The notes beneath the pieces were generated by a model, which saw only the letters and a program-made list of their open reading frames with translations, searched no databases and was not told the origin of the DNA. Positions 29,741-39,472 of a DNA stretch of 64,000 nt are shown here, piece by piece (position 1 is the first letter of the stretch; each line of letters opens with the position of its first letter). Position numbers and translations under genes: made by a program. The stretch comes from an uncultured Gemmatimonadales bacterium (GTDB taxonomy: Bacteria > Gemmatimonadota > Gemmatimonadetes > Longimicrobiales > Gaopeijiaceae), in the NCBI GenBank assembly GCA_963809895.1, contig CAWELD010000003.1, forward strand, positions 1,344,001 through 1,408,000, given 5' to 3'.

Positions 29741-31215
29741 TCGACCAACAGGCGCGTGGGGACCCCGTACCCGCCCTTGCGGCGGTACGGGATCTTGCCC
29801 CCGTCACCGTAGGCGGTGCCGGCGATGTCCAGATGCGCCCAGGGCACGTCGCCCACGAACTCGGAGAGGAAGATGGCGGCGGTGATGGAGCCCGCCGGGC
29901 GTCCGCCCACGTTCATGAAGTCGGCGGACACGCTGTCGAGCTGCGTCCGGTACTCCTTCCACAGCGGCAGCGGCCAGCACCGCTCGCCGGAGCGCTCCCC
30001 GGCGTCCCTCACTTCCTGCACCAGGTCGTCGTCGGTACCCAGGAGCCCGATGGCGTGATGCCCGAGCCCCACCACCACCGCCCCGGTGAGGGTGGCGCAG
30101 TCCACGATGGCCTCGGGCTCCATCTCCACGGCGTAGTCCAGGGCGTCGCACAGGATGAGACGGCCCTCGGCATCGGTGTTGACGATCTCCACGGTCTTGC
30201 CGTTCCTCGTCTTGACGATGTCGCCGGGCTTCATGGCACGTCCGGAGACGAGGTTCTCCGACGAGGGCACGATGCCCACCACGTTCCGGGGGATTCCGAG
30301 GCGGGCGATGGCGGTCATGGCCGCCAGCACCGCCGCGCCTCCGGACATGTCGAACTTCATGTCCTCCATGCCCGAGGCCGGCTTGATGGAGATCCCCCCG
30401 GCATCGAAGGTGAGCCCCTTCCCCACCAGGATGACCGGCTTCTGATCCGGCGCTCCTCCGCGGTGGCGCAGCACGATCAGGCGAGGCTCCTGCTCCGAGC
30501 CCTGGCTCACGGCGAGGAGCGCCGCCATGCGCTCTTCTCTCAGCCGCTCCGGCCCCAGGACGTCCACCTCCATGCCGTAGGCCGACGCCACGCGGCGCGC
30601 TTCTTCGCCGAGGTGCGTGGGGGTGGCGATGTTGCCGGGCCTCGACTGGAGGACCCGGGCCAGGTTCTCGGCCTCGGCCAGGATCTGCCCTTCGTGGGCG
30701 CCCTCCTGGACCGCGTCCTCGGCCTCGGCGGTGACGAAGACCGCCCCGGACACCGCCGTGGGTGGCTCGTCCTCGCCGGCCCCGGTCTTGAGCTCGCGGA
30801 AGCGCCACGCGGCCAGGACCGCGCCCTCGGCCGCCGCGCGTCCCATGGCCCGGGGCTCGAGCCGCCCGGGGACCGCGTCGGGGAGAAGGACCGCGACGTC
30901 GTTGACGCGCTCGTCCTCGGCGGTGCGGACGGCGTGGGCCGCGTAGCGGCGCAGAGCCTCCTCGGTGACCGCATCCGGGGCACATCCCAATCCCACGAAC
31001 ACCATGCGGCGCGGCCCTTCACCCTCGACGTCGGCCACGAGCCGGGATCCCGCGGACGCACGCACACGCCCGGCCACGCGCTCCACCGCGGCCCCCAATC
31101 CCCCCGGAAGCTCCGGCAGGGTGACTCCGCCCTCGGCGCCCTGGAGCACGGGAACGGCGAAGAGCGGCGCGGCGAGGCTGTCGAGCCCGGTGAGGCGGAT
31201 GGTGCGGATGTCCAT
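29716..31215 (-). CDS. pepA: Leucyl aminopeptidase (M17)
   Basis: VGKGLTFDAGG, MKFDMSG, NTDAEGRL, ATLTGA, HLDIAG. Confidence 0.96.
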   Translation of the reverse strand: MDIRTIRLTGLDSLAAPLFAVPVLQGAEGGVTLPELPGGLGAAVERVAGRVRASAGSRLVADVEGEGPRRMVFVGLGCAPDAVTEEALRRYAAHAVRTAEDERVNDVAVLLPDAVPGRLEPRAMGRAAAEGAVLAAWRFRELKTGAGEDEPPTAVSGAVFVTAEAEDAVQEGAHEGQILAEAENLARVLQSRPGNIATPTHLGEEARRVASAYGMEVDVLGPERLREERMAALLAVSQGSEQEPRLIVLRHRGGAPDQKPVILVGKGLTFDAGGISIKPASGMEDMKFDMSGGAAVLAAMTAIARLGIPRNVVGIVPSSENLVSGRAMKPGDIVKTRNGKTVEIVNTDAEGRLILCDALDYAVEMEPEAIVDCATLTGAVVVGLGHHAIGLLGTDDDLVQEVRDAGERSGERCWPLPLWKEYRTQLDSVSADFMNVGGRPAGSITAAIFLSEFVGDVPWAHLDIAGTAYGDGGKIPYRRKGGYGVPTRLLVEWVRSRAR

Positions 31216-31470
31216 GGGGATCCGTGCAGGGTTGAGAGCGCGCGGGGCCCTCGGGCAGCGAAGCAGCGCCGCCACCGGGCGCCGGAAGTTGGAAGCTCCG
31301 TTGCGGCGGAGCAAGGCTTCGGACGGCCCCGCAAGATGGCGGAACCGCGATGCCGGGCACAGGGTTAGGGCAGAGCACCGGGTCGAAGCGGTCGACCCGG
31401 GATTCCAGGCCGGCGCATGGGCACGGGAGTGTCCTTGCATGCCAGCGTCGCAGCACGAAAGGAGGCCGTC

Positions 31471-32172
31471 ATGCGGGAGCGGATCACGCTGGTGACCGGG
31501 GGCACGGGAGCGCTGGGCCGGGGTGTGGTGCCCCGGCTGCTGGCCAGGGGCGACCGGGTCACCGTGCCGTGGCACTCGGAACGGGAGATCGCGGCGCTGC
31601 GCGAGGCCGTGGACGGCGACGAGCGCCTCACGCTGGTGGAGGGCGACGTCACGGATCCCGACTCCGTGGACGCCATCATGGAAGGCATGCGTGAGGCCCA
31701 CGGCCGGCTCGACGTGGTCTGCAATCTCGTCGGGGGATTCTCCATGGGGGCGCTGGAGGACACCGCGCCCCGCGTCTGGGAGCGCATGATCGGGCTCAAC
31801 GCGCGGAGCGTCTTCCTCGTCACGCGCGCCGCGCTTCCGCTCCTGAGGGAATCGGACGCCGCCCGGGTGGTGAACATCGCCGCGCTGCCCGCGGTGGAAC
31901 GAGGCGCGGCGAAGATGGCCGCGTACGCGGCGGCCAAGGCGGCGGTGGTCAGCCTCACGCACTCCCTGTCCGCCGAGCTCGTGGCCGAAGGGATCACGGT
32001 GAACGCCGTGGCGCCGTCGATCCTGGACACCGAGGCCAACCGCGAGGCCATGTCCGACGCGGACCGCTCGACCTGGCTGCAGCCCCAGGAGGTGGCGGCG
32101 GTGCTGGATTTTCTCACGGGTCCCGATGCCGGGATCGTGACCGGGAGCGTGCTCACGCTGAGGCGGAGCTGA
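31471..32172 (+). CDS. SDR family oxidoreductase
   Basis: TGGTGALG, YAAAK, VNAVAP. Confidence 0.93.
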   Translation: MRERITLVTGGTGALGRGVVPRLLARGDRVTVPWHSEREIAALREAVDGDERLTLVEGDVTDPDSVDAIMEGMREAHGRLDVVCNLVGGFSMGALEDTAPRVWERMIGLNARSVFLVTRAALPLLRESDAARVVNIAALPAVERGAAKMAAYAAAKAAVVSLTHSLSAELVAEGITVNAVAPSILDTEANREAMSDADRSTWLQPQEVAAVLDFLTGPDAGIVTGSVLTLRRS

Positions 32173-32351
32173 GGGGGGCGGTCGGCGAAAGCGGGCGCGC
32201 GGTGGGCCAGGACGGCGGGATACGGCGAGGGACGGCGGGCCGGATCGAGGCGTCTGGAGCGAAAACCGTTGCCCTCGGGCCCACCCCCTGCCCAGAGTAG
32301 CGGACCGCACCCCCGGAACGGTGCGGAATCCCCTCGGCGCGGAGGTTCCCC

Positions 32352-32783
32352 ATGGGTGGCATCAACACCTCGCGATGGCTGGCCAGCGGTATCACGGCGG
32401 GCGTGATCATGTGGGTGGCGGAGGGCGGAGCCAGCGTCCTGTACATGGGCCAGATGGAGGCGGCCCTGGAGGCCCACGGGCTCTCCATGGCGATCTCGGG
32501 CGGCGTGATCGCGCTGACGGTGGCGGTGAGCCTCGTCGCCGGCCTGGTGCTCATGTTCTTCTACGGGGTCGCCCGCTCCCACTTCGGCCCCGGACCCGCC
32601 ACGGCCGTGAAGGTCGCCGTGGCGCTCTGGACCGGCGGCTACCTGCTCTCGCTCACCGGCTACGGCATGGTCGGCCTGTACCCCATCCGCATGCTGGTGA
32701 TCTGGGGCGTCGTCGGCCTCGTCGAGATGATCCTGGCGGCGTTGGCGGGTGGGTGGGTGTACCGGGAGGCGAGGCCGATTTGA
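32352..32783 (+). CDS. Hypothetical four-TM membrane protein
   Basis: Hydrophobic ORF with GGAGG RBS. Confidence 0.8.
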   Translation: MGGINTSRWLASGITAGVIMWVAEGGASVLYMGQMEAALEAHGLSMAISGGVIALTVAVSLVAGLVLMFFYGVARSHFGPGPATAVKVAVALWTGGYLLSLTGYGMVGLYPIRMLVIWGVVGLVEMILAALAGGWVYREARPI

Positions 32784-32800
32784 CGGGAGCCCCCGAAACA

Positions 32801-32853
32801 CGTTTCAGCTGAAACGTCTCAGGTGAGTATCAGGGGGATGATGCACGAAGGTG
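32801..32853. repeat. 53-bp direct repeat, copy 1
   Basis: cgtttcagctgaaacgtctcaggtgagtatcagggggatgatgcacgaaggtg, identical to 35665-35717. Confidence 0.95.
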
Positions 32854-32880
32854 CGGGGCCGGACGGACCGACCCCGCACC
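32850..32880. terminator. Hairpin between convergent genes
   Basis: ggtgcgggg ... ccccgcacc. Confidence 0.55.
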
Positions 32881-32909
32881 GTTTTCGTGCGATGTGATGC
32901 GGCGGGTGA

Positions 32910-35283
32910 CTACTTCTTTCCCTTCCCGCTGTGCACGATGATGTTACCGCCTCCGATCGGCTGATCGGTGCCGTTGTCGTACACGACGCCGCCTCCCACC
33001 TCGGTGATCCTGATGCGGAAGGTGTCCTCACCGTTCGGCCCGGAGCCGTCGCCGGCCCACAGCATGAACTTGTAGTCGCCCGAGCCGTTGATCGTGCCCT
33101 CGCCCTTGAACTGGGCGTTGGAGTCGTTCTGGTTCACGACGAGCCACTCGTAGCTGGTGCTGTGGAAGTCCAGATCGGCAGCCTTGAACTGGAACTCCGT
33201 GTTCCCCGTCGGCGTGCTCGCGCCCTTCTTGTACTTGGACACGAAGCCGAAGGTGGCTTTGCCGGTGGGGTTCGCTGGCGCATCAGCCTCGAAGTCGTAG
33301 GTGGTGGTGCCGGCATCGGATGTGAGCGTGAGAGCGTCGACGGCACCCGAGAAAGCGCCATTCCAGCCTGAACCGATGTTCACACCGAAGCCGTACTTGA
33401 TCTTGGCGTCTGGGTTCGCCGCGACAATGTCATCCCACGAGACAAAGCAATTGAAGGCACACACTCCCGGGATGGTCGTCGTGGACCACCAGCCGCCTCC
33501 GAAGCTCGTCTGCGAAGCCGCCATGGCATCCCACGTCTGCCACGTATCGGTCATCAATGCGGCCGAGCCGTAGGCATAGATCGGCTCCCATACGAGGGTG
33601 GCGTAGCTGCTTCCGTCTCCGACGTAGTCCACCTCAATGTTGATGGCAGGATACTGCGCTGCGCGGATTGGTGGACGCGCTGGACCTGTAGGTCGCGTAG
33701 GAGATCGACTCGATATCAGCTAGCCGCGTGCCGATGTGATCGTAATTGAAGAGAGTGACCTTGCCACTTCCGTCCTGAACGGACATCGAGAAACTCCCGG
33801 TGCCCAGAGGTGGAGCCGCAGGCCCGTTCACGAACGTGCCTGCGCTCCCGGTTTGTTCGGTCAGGAACCAATCCACTTCGAGATTTGCGGACGTCACCGC
33901 CGTTGCGTCGCTCGGCATGAAGGCACCTCCCGGCGAGTCGATCCAACCACCGCCCGTGACGAAACCACCGGAAGGATCGTACACCACGAGCGAGGAGCAC
34001 TCCTCGTCACCCGTATTTCCCGGCTCATCGGTGCCGCGCACGCAGACCTCGTAGATCCCGGGCTCGCTGGGTGCCGTGAGAGACGCCCCAACGCCCTCCA
34101 TGACTGCATCGAAGGTGCCGTCGGCGGCGGTCATGGGCATCCAAGTCGTCCCGCCGTCCATCGAATACTCGGCCGACGCGATGTTGGAGCCGCCCGTGTT
34201 GGTGTCGTCCACGTCCGCGGTCAGATCCACGCTGGCGTCGACAGCCGCGGGGTTGGGGGACATGGCGACGTTGGTGGTGACAGGGCCCTGGTCATCGGTG
34301 ACGAGCTGTTGGTTGTCGGCCACCACATCGTCGAAGTAGAGCCCTTCACCGAGAGTGCTGGGCGCGGCGTTCGATACTCGAAACATGAGCGCGTCCACAG
34401 CAATGGGAGACTGGAACGATCCAGGATTCTCCGCAAAATAGCTCTCCCATGTGGTGCCGGTGTGAACCGGTGTGCCGTCGACGACGACGGTCACGATATC
34501 ATTGCCGCTCCCATCTCCGTCCAAACCGTCGACGAACTCGACATAGATCTCGACGGTGTGCCAATCAGTGTAGGAGAGTCCTGTCGCGACGGTCGTGCCG
34601 TCGAAGTTTCCGCCTGGAGACGTCTCGTAGAAGGTAAGATCGAATCCAGTTCCGGCGTCTGCGATACCCAGATAGCTCATCCTGAAAGACGTCTGCCTCG
34701 GAATCGGGCTGACGGCTATGCTCAAGTCGGTTTGTGCAGCGCCGGTCGCTGACTTGAACCTGAAGCCTCCATGGAAGTACGGCGTCGAGGCGTAGGCCCG
34801 GGGATTGGGTGGGGAAACCGGCGATGTGTGATCTGGACCCCGATCGTTATACAGTGCTGACCCTGACTCGCCAGCCGGATCAGTGCTACTCGGTGTGTTT
34901 GGCTGGTTGCTGAAGCTGTTCGACGCCGCTGCGTTGGAGAGGCGCCAAACCATGTTCCCACCATCGTCCACGACCTCTTCGTCGAAGGGTGTAGGGGTCG
35001 GGTTGCCCCATTCGTCCACCACCGTCCACAGACTGCCATATGGGTCAGGGATCGTATACCCATTCGACGTCGTGGTTGTGGATCCCGAGCCCTGGTAGTT
35101 CACACTCCCCAGACTGAAGGACTCGAAATCGGTGGCAGCCGGGACGGCGAGCGAAGCGGCACGCACAGGCGCGACGCTAACCCCCTCCGGCGCCGTCGGA
35201 TTCATCTCATCCTGACAGGCCGTCACGGCGAGCAGGGCCAGGGCGACGCCCAGGGGACGCCAAATGTGTCGGGTACGACTCAC
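32910..35283 (-). CDS. Large surface lipoprotein with beta-rich/Ig-like domains, apparent +1 frameshift near 33663
   Basis: Lipobox LLAVTAC; ORFs 33634-35442 and 32910-33632 join as ...STNPAAQYPAINIEVDYVGDG... if one base is removed. Confidence 0.8.
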
Positions 35284-35664
35284 GGTTCTCCTCCGCATGG
35301 AGTAGTGGATCGCCTTTTGGCGGCCGGGCTGTCTTCCGGGAAGGTTGGAAGATCCGGGGCTTTGCGAACCGGCCTCGCGACCGGGGTGCCGTTTCGGAGA
35401 CGTGAGGTTGGATACAGGAGGTAATTCACAAGCAAGAAGCAATCCGCCCGTCAGGACGCCGTCAGACGAGCGTCAACATCGGGGCACCGTCCCGTCGCGC
35501 TGCGACGGAGGGCATTCGGCTCGCTCCATGAAGGATCCACTCCTTTTCGGCGTATATCCCGCGCGAATGCAACAAATTGTCCACATCGTGCCACACCGCT
35601 GACTAGGATTCGCTCACGGTTCGTCCCGTCTCCCGAGCCTCGCAACGAGCGCATCCTTCCAAAG

Positions 35665-35717
35665 CGTTTCAGCTGAAACGTCTCAGGTGAGTATCAGGGG
35701 GATGATGCACGAAGGTG
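35665..35717. repeat. 53-bp direct repeat, copy 2
   Basis: Identical to 32801-32853. Confidence 0.95.
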
Positions 35718-35721
35718 GCGC

Positions 35722-35770
35722 TTGCCCCGCCCCGATTTTCGGCTTATCTTCGGTTTCGGTATCTATTCGG
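35722..35770 (+). promoter_or_regulatory. imuB promoter with two TTCGG-N6-TTCGG boxes
   Basis: TTGCCC-17-TATCTT; boxes at 35738-35753 and 35755-35770. Confidence 0.7.
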
Positions 35771-35775
35771 TTTTC

Positions 35776-37128
35776 ATGTCCACCGAAACCCATCCCATGG
35801 CCCCCACCCGCACCCTTCCCGGCACCGGTCCCGTCACCTACGCCACCGCCGACGCCACGTCCCGCCGGGGGAGCCGCATGGCGCTCTGCCTCTGGCTCCC
35901 CACCTTCGAGCTCCGGCTGGAGCTGGTGCGCTCGCCGGAGCTGGACCGGACCTCGGTGGCCTTGCTGTCGCCGGGCGACGGGGTGCGGCGCACCATCTGG
36001 CAGGTCTCGGAGCGTGCCCACGAAGCGGGCGTGCGTACGGGTCAGCTCATCTCGCAGGCGGTCTCGCTGTGCCCCTCGCTCACCCTGCTGGAGCCGGATC
36101 CGGCGCACTACGACGCGGCCATGGAGGCCATGCTGGAGGTGCTCTCGGACCTGACGCCGGTGGTGGAGCCGGCGGGCGAGCGCGGAAAGGTGTTTCTGGG
36201 GATGGACGGTCTGGGACGCCTCTACGGCTCCCCGCCCAACCAGGTGCGGCGCATGCTGCGGGCGCTCTTCCGGGTCTTCCCTCCCCCACTGGTGGCGGCC
36301 ACCCGCGCGGGGATGGCACCGGGCACCTTCGGCGCCTGGGTGGCGGCGGCGCGCTCCCGGGCCGGCGAGCCGGTGATCGTGGACGAGGCGGAGCTCCGTA
36401 CTTTCCTGGCGGGCTGTCCGGTGGGCGCGCTCCCTGTGGAAGCGGAGATGGTGGAACGCCTGAAACGGCTGGACATCGCCACCCTGGGTGCCCTCACGCA
36501 GCTGCCGGAGCCGGCGCTGGTGGCCCAGTTCGGACAGGACGGGCGGGACGCGCTGGGGTGGTCCACCGGACGGCGGGTGGATCCGGTCCGACCCTGGCAC
36601 CGGCCCCGCCCCATCCGGGTGGCGCTGGACTTTCCCGCGCCGGCGGGCCAGGTGGAGCTGCTGCACGGTGCGCTGGACCGGCTCCTGGAGCGGGCGCTGG
36701 CCCGGCCCGCCCGCCGCGGGCGCAGCGTCCGCACGCTCCGCCTCACGGGCTCGTTGGAAGGCGGGGGATCGTGGTCGGTGGAGGGCGTCCCCCGGGAGCC
36801 CACCGCCCGCAAGGACCGCCTGGCCTTCCTGCTGCGCTCGCGCCTGGAGCTGACGCCTCCGCCGCGGGCCGTGGAAGGGCTGGCGCTGGAGCTCATGCGC
36901 TTCGGCCCTCCCACCACCCAGGAGGATCTCTTCGGCCGCGACGAGGCCAGCGGCCGCGAAGCCGCGGGCCGTACCCTGGCGGACGGCTCCGTGCCCCCTT
37001 CCCTGAGGCGCGCGGTGCGGGAGCTCAAGCTGCGGTTGGGCCACTCGCCTCTCTACCGGGTGGTGGAGCTGGACCCGTGGTCCCGCATCCCGGAGCGGCG
37101 GCACGCCCTCCTGAGCTTCGATCCGTGA
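35776..37128 (+). CDS. imuB: ImuB-like inactive Y-family polymerase
   Basis: ALCLWLPTF, AGVRTGQ...AVSLCP, LTPVVE, LKRLDIATLG, clamp-binding-like QEDLF; no catalytic motifs. Confidence 0.85.
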   Translation: MSTETHPMAPTRTLPGTGPVTYATADATSRRGSRMALCLWLPTFELRLELVRSPELDRTSVALLSPGDGVRRTIWQVSERAHEAGVRTGQLISQAVSLCPSLTLLEPDPAHYDAAMEAMLEVLSDLTPVVEPAGERGKVFLGMDGLGRLYGSPPNQVRRMLRALFRVFPPPLVAATRAGMAPGTFGAWVAAARSRAGEPVIVDEAELRTFLAGCPVGALPVEAEMVERLKRLDIATLGALTQLPEPALVAQFGQDGRDALGWSTGRRVDPVRPWHRPRPIRVALDFPAPAGQVELLHGALDRLLERALARPARRGRSVRTLRLTGSLEGGGSWSVEGVPREPTARKDRLAFLLRSRLELTPPPRAVEGLALELMRFGPPTTQEDLFGRDEASGREAAGRTLADGSVPPSLRRAVRELKLRLGHSPLYRVVELDPWSRIPERRHALLSFDP

Positions 37129-37424
37129 AGGGCACCGGGAAGGGCTCCAGGACGACGCCGGGCGAGGGCTCGCGCCTGCGTCCCCTGGCGGAGCCGGTAC
37201 AGGTCCGGGTGGAGGCCGACGCCCACGGCTTCCCGCGCGCGCTCCGCGAACGCAGGCGACGCACGCCCCGGCACGTGGCGGCCATTCGCGAGTCGTGGCG
37301 CATCGACGACGAGTGGTGGCGCCGGCCGGTGCACCGCATGTACCACCAGGTGGTGCTCGAGGACGGTAGCCTCGTCACCCTCTTCCAGGATCTGGCAGAC
37401 GGATGCTGGTATCTGCACGCTTGA
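37125..37424 (+). CDS. Small protein resembling the ImuB C-terminal domain (DUF6504-like)
   Basis: ESWRIDDEWW...YHQVVLEDG...LFQDLADGCWY; GTGA overlap with imuB. Confidence 0.8.
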   Translation: MKGTGKGSRTTPGEGSRLRPLAEPVQVRVEADAHGFPRALRERRRRTPRHVAAIRESWRIDDEWWRRPVHRMYHQVVLEDGSLVTLFQDLADGCWYLHA

Positions 37425-37480
37425 GGCGGCGCGGTGAACGCCCGGCCGGCGTGGAGATCGCGCTACGGGCGGCCCGCCGC

Positions 37481-37630
37481 CGGCGGAGTGCCGCCAACCC
37501 TGCACGGACACCCCGCGCTCGCGGCGCATGTCGATCCCACGGCGATAATCGCCGCCGATCCCGCACCCTCCGGGCCCCCCAACGGCCGGCGCGTGCCTGA
37601 CGGCAACAATCGCCGCGAATCCTGCACCCG
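37481..37630 (+). repeat. Three degenerate repeats with about 60-bp period
   Basis: cggcggagtgccgccaaccctgcac / ggcgataatcgccgccgatcccgcaccc / cggcaacaatcgccgcgaatcctgcaccc. Confidence 0.55.
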
Positions 37631-37843
37631 AGTACCGCAACCGGGCTCCTTGCGGGATTCACGGCACCCGGCACCCCCCGCCCGAGCCTCGACCCGCCTT
37701 CCGCGCCCCATCGTCCACACCATGGTCCGCGTCCCACCGTCCGCGCCCCGCCACCCGCACCGCCCTGAGCCGCCTTCCGCGCTCCACCTTTCGCGTCCCA
37801 TCCGCCCCTTGACCCGCCCCACCCCTCCCGCGCTCTTCGTGCC

Positions 37844-38680
37844 ATGGCACCCGACGCCCCCGACCCACCCGACCGCAGCCCACCCGACGGCAACCCGCCC
37901 GACGGCAACCCACCCGGCAGCCACCCGTCGCCCGCCCGCGACCCGTCCGCCGACTCCGCCACACCCGCTCCGGACGCATCCGCCCCCGGCCCGCCATCCC
38001 CTTCCCCCCACATCCGCGCCCTCGAACCCGCCTCGGGCGAGCGCATGCGGCTCACGCTGGACGACGACACGACGCTGGAGATTCCAGCCGAAGTCGTACT
38101 CTCCACGGGACTCGGGACCGGCGACCCGGTGGATGCGGAGCTTCGGGCCAGGCTCGAGGACGCCCACCTGCGCTGGCGGGCGCGCGAAGCGGCGCTGCGG
38201 CTGCTGTCCGTTCGCGCCCGCAGCCGCCGCGAGCTGCAACGCCGTCTCCGGCGCAAGGACTTCCCGGCGGCGGTGGTGCGGGCCTGTCTCGACGAGCTGG
38301 AAGCCCGGGGACTCCTGGACGACGGCGCCTTCGCCCGTTCCCTGGCCCGCGACCGCATCCGCCTTAAGGCGCGGGGACCCGCGCGCATCCGCCGGGAGCT
38401 CCGGGCCCGGGGCGTGGCCGACGACACGGCCCGCTCGGCGGTGGAGGGTGTCATGGACGACGAGGGCGTGACCGAGCGGGAGCTGGCCGAGGAGGCCGCC
38501 CTGGGCTGGCTCCGCCGTCAGTCCGCGGAGGTGGCCGCGGCGCTGGCCGGTGAGCCCTTCAGCCCCGAGCGCGAGCAGGCACGCCGGCGCCTGATCGGAT
38601 ACCTGGGCCGGCGTGGATTCCGGGGCGCCACGGCGGTGGCCGCCCTGGAGGCCGCCAGCGCCCGGGCCGCCGAGGGCTGA
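37844..38680 (+). CDS. recX: Regulatory protein RecX
   Basis: ALRLLSVRARSRREL, GLLDDGAFA, GPARIRRELRARGV, YLGRRGF; Pro-rich N-terminus with PPDGN repeats. Confidence 0.92.
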   Translation: MAPDAPDPPDRSPPDGNPPDGNPPGSHPSPARDPSADSATPAPDASAPGPPSPSPHIRALEPASGERMRLTLDDDTTLEIPAEVVLSTGLGTGDPVDAELRARLEDAHLRWRAREAALRLLSVRARSRRELQRRLRRKDFPAAVVRACLDELEARGLLDDGAFARSLARDRIRLKARGPARIRRELRARGVADDTARSAVEGVMDDEGVTERELAEEAALGWLRRQSAEVAAALAGEPFSPEREQARRRLIGYLGRRGFRGATAVAALEAASARAAEG

Positions 38681-38741
38681 GGCGCCGCTCCGACGAAGCG
38701 CCGTCCTTTCCCCACGGGCTCCGCGACCCCACCATGACGGC

Positions 38742-39329
38742 ATGAACGCGCCCGCCGACCATCCCCTGAGCCCCGAGCAACGCGAGGCGTTCGCCGAGGG
38801 CGTCCATGCGGCCCAGCGCATCCTGAAGGCGTGCCGGGTCGCGGCCATCCAGGGCTGGACGCTGGGCGTGCTGGGTGTCCCCACCCTGCTGATCGGGCTG
38901 GTCGCGCCGCCGTCCTTCCTGGTGGGGATCGGGATGCTCGTCCTGGCGCGCAACGAACTCCGCGGGCGCGCGCTCCTGCGTCGCTTCGACCCGGCAGGCG
39001 CCGTCCTGCTGAGCCGCAATCAGCTCGGCCTCATGGGGCTCATCGTCCTCTACTGCGCATGGCGCGTCCACCACGTCTGGACCCAGCCCAGCGCGGCCCT
39101 GCAGGAGCTGGAGGGCCTCCTGGACACCGGAGGCACGCTGGAGCCCCTGGTGCGCCAGATCACCACCGTCTTCTACGGGGTCGTCGTCATCCTGAGCGTC
39201 ATCGTCCAGAGCGTGGTCGCCCGCTACTACCGCCTGCGCGAGGGACTCGTGCGCAGCTACGTGGCCGACACCCCCGCGTGGGTCGTGGACCTGCAGCGCC
39301 TGGCGGCCGGCGCCGGCCCCCCGGAGTGA
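38742..39329 (+). CDS. Hypothetical membrane protein
   Basis: Several TM helices, host-like codon usage. Confidence 0.75.
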   Translation: MNAPADHPLSPEQREAFAEGVHAAQRILKACRVAAIQGWTLGVLGVPTLLIGLVAPPSFLVGIGMLVLARNELRGRALLRRFDPAGAVLLSRNQLGLMGLIVLYCAWRVHHVWTQPSAALQELEGLLDTGGTLEPLVRQITTVFYGVVVILSVIVQSVVARYYRLREGLVRSYVADTPAWVVDLQRLAAGAGPPE

Positions 39330-39472
39330 CGACCGGCGCGCCCGAGCAACCAGCCGCGCCCGAACCACGACCCGCCCCCGAATGACGATGCCCCACCCCG
39401 GATCGTTCCGGAGCGGGGCATCCCCAGGCTACGGAGACACGCGGCGAACCGCGCATCCCCCGAGAAGAAGGC

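Larger units (their letters stand above)
32801..35717. mobile_element. Putative recombinase-inserted single-gene cassette
   Basis: Identical 53-bp flanks, visibly lower GC inside, no recombinase gene. Confidence 0.55.

Noticed and set aside
32801..35717. 53-bp repeats as a CRISPR array, IS ends or integron attC
   Set aside because: Only two direct copies 2.8 kb apart; no cas, transposase or integrase; no RYYYAAC...GTTRRRY attC structure
31000..36000. Switch in gene-strand bias as a replication origin or terminus
   Set aside because: No DnaA-box cluster or dnaA seen, right-hand genes are mixed in orientation, and skew cannot be computed here
37481..37630. 60-bp-period repeats as CRISPR
   Set aside because: Cores are too degenerate and short, only three copies per locus, no cas genes
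37875..37930. 15-bp tandem repeats at the recX 5' end as a phase-variation tract
   Set aside because: In-frame PPDGN low-complexity linker; copy-number change would not shift the frame
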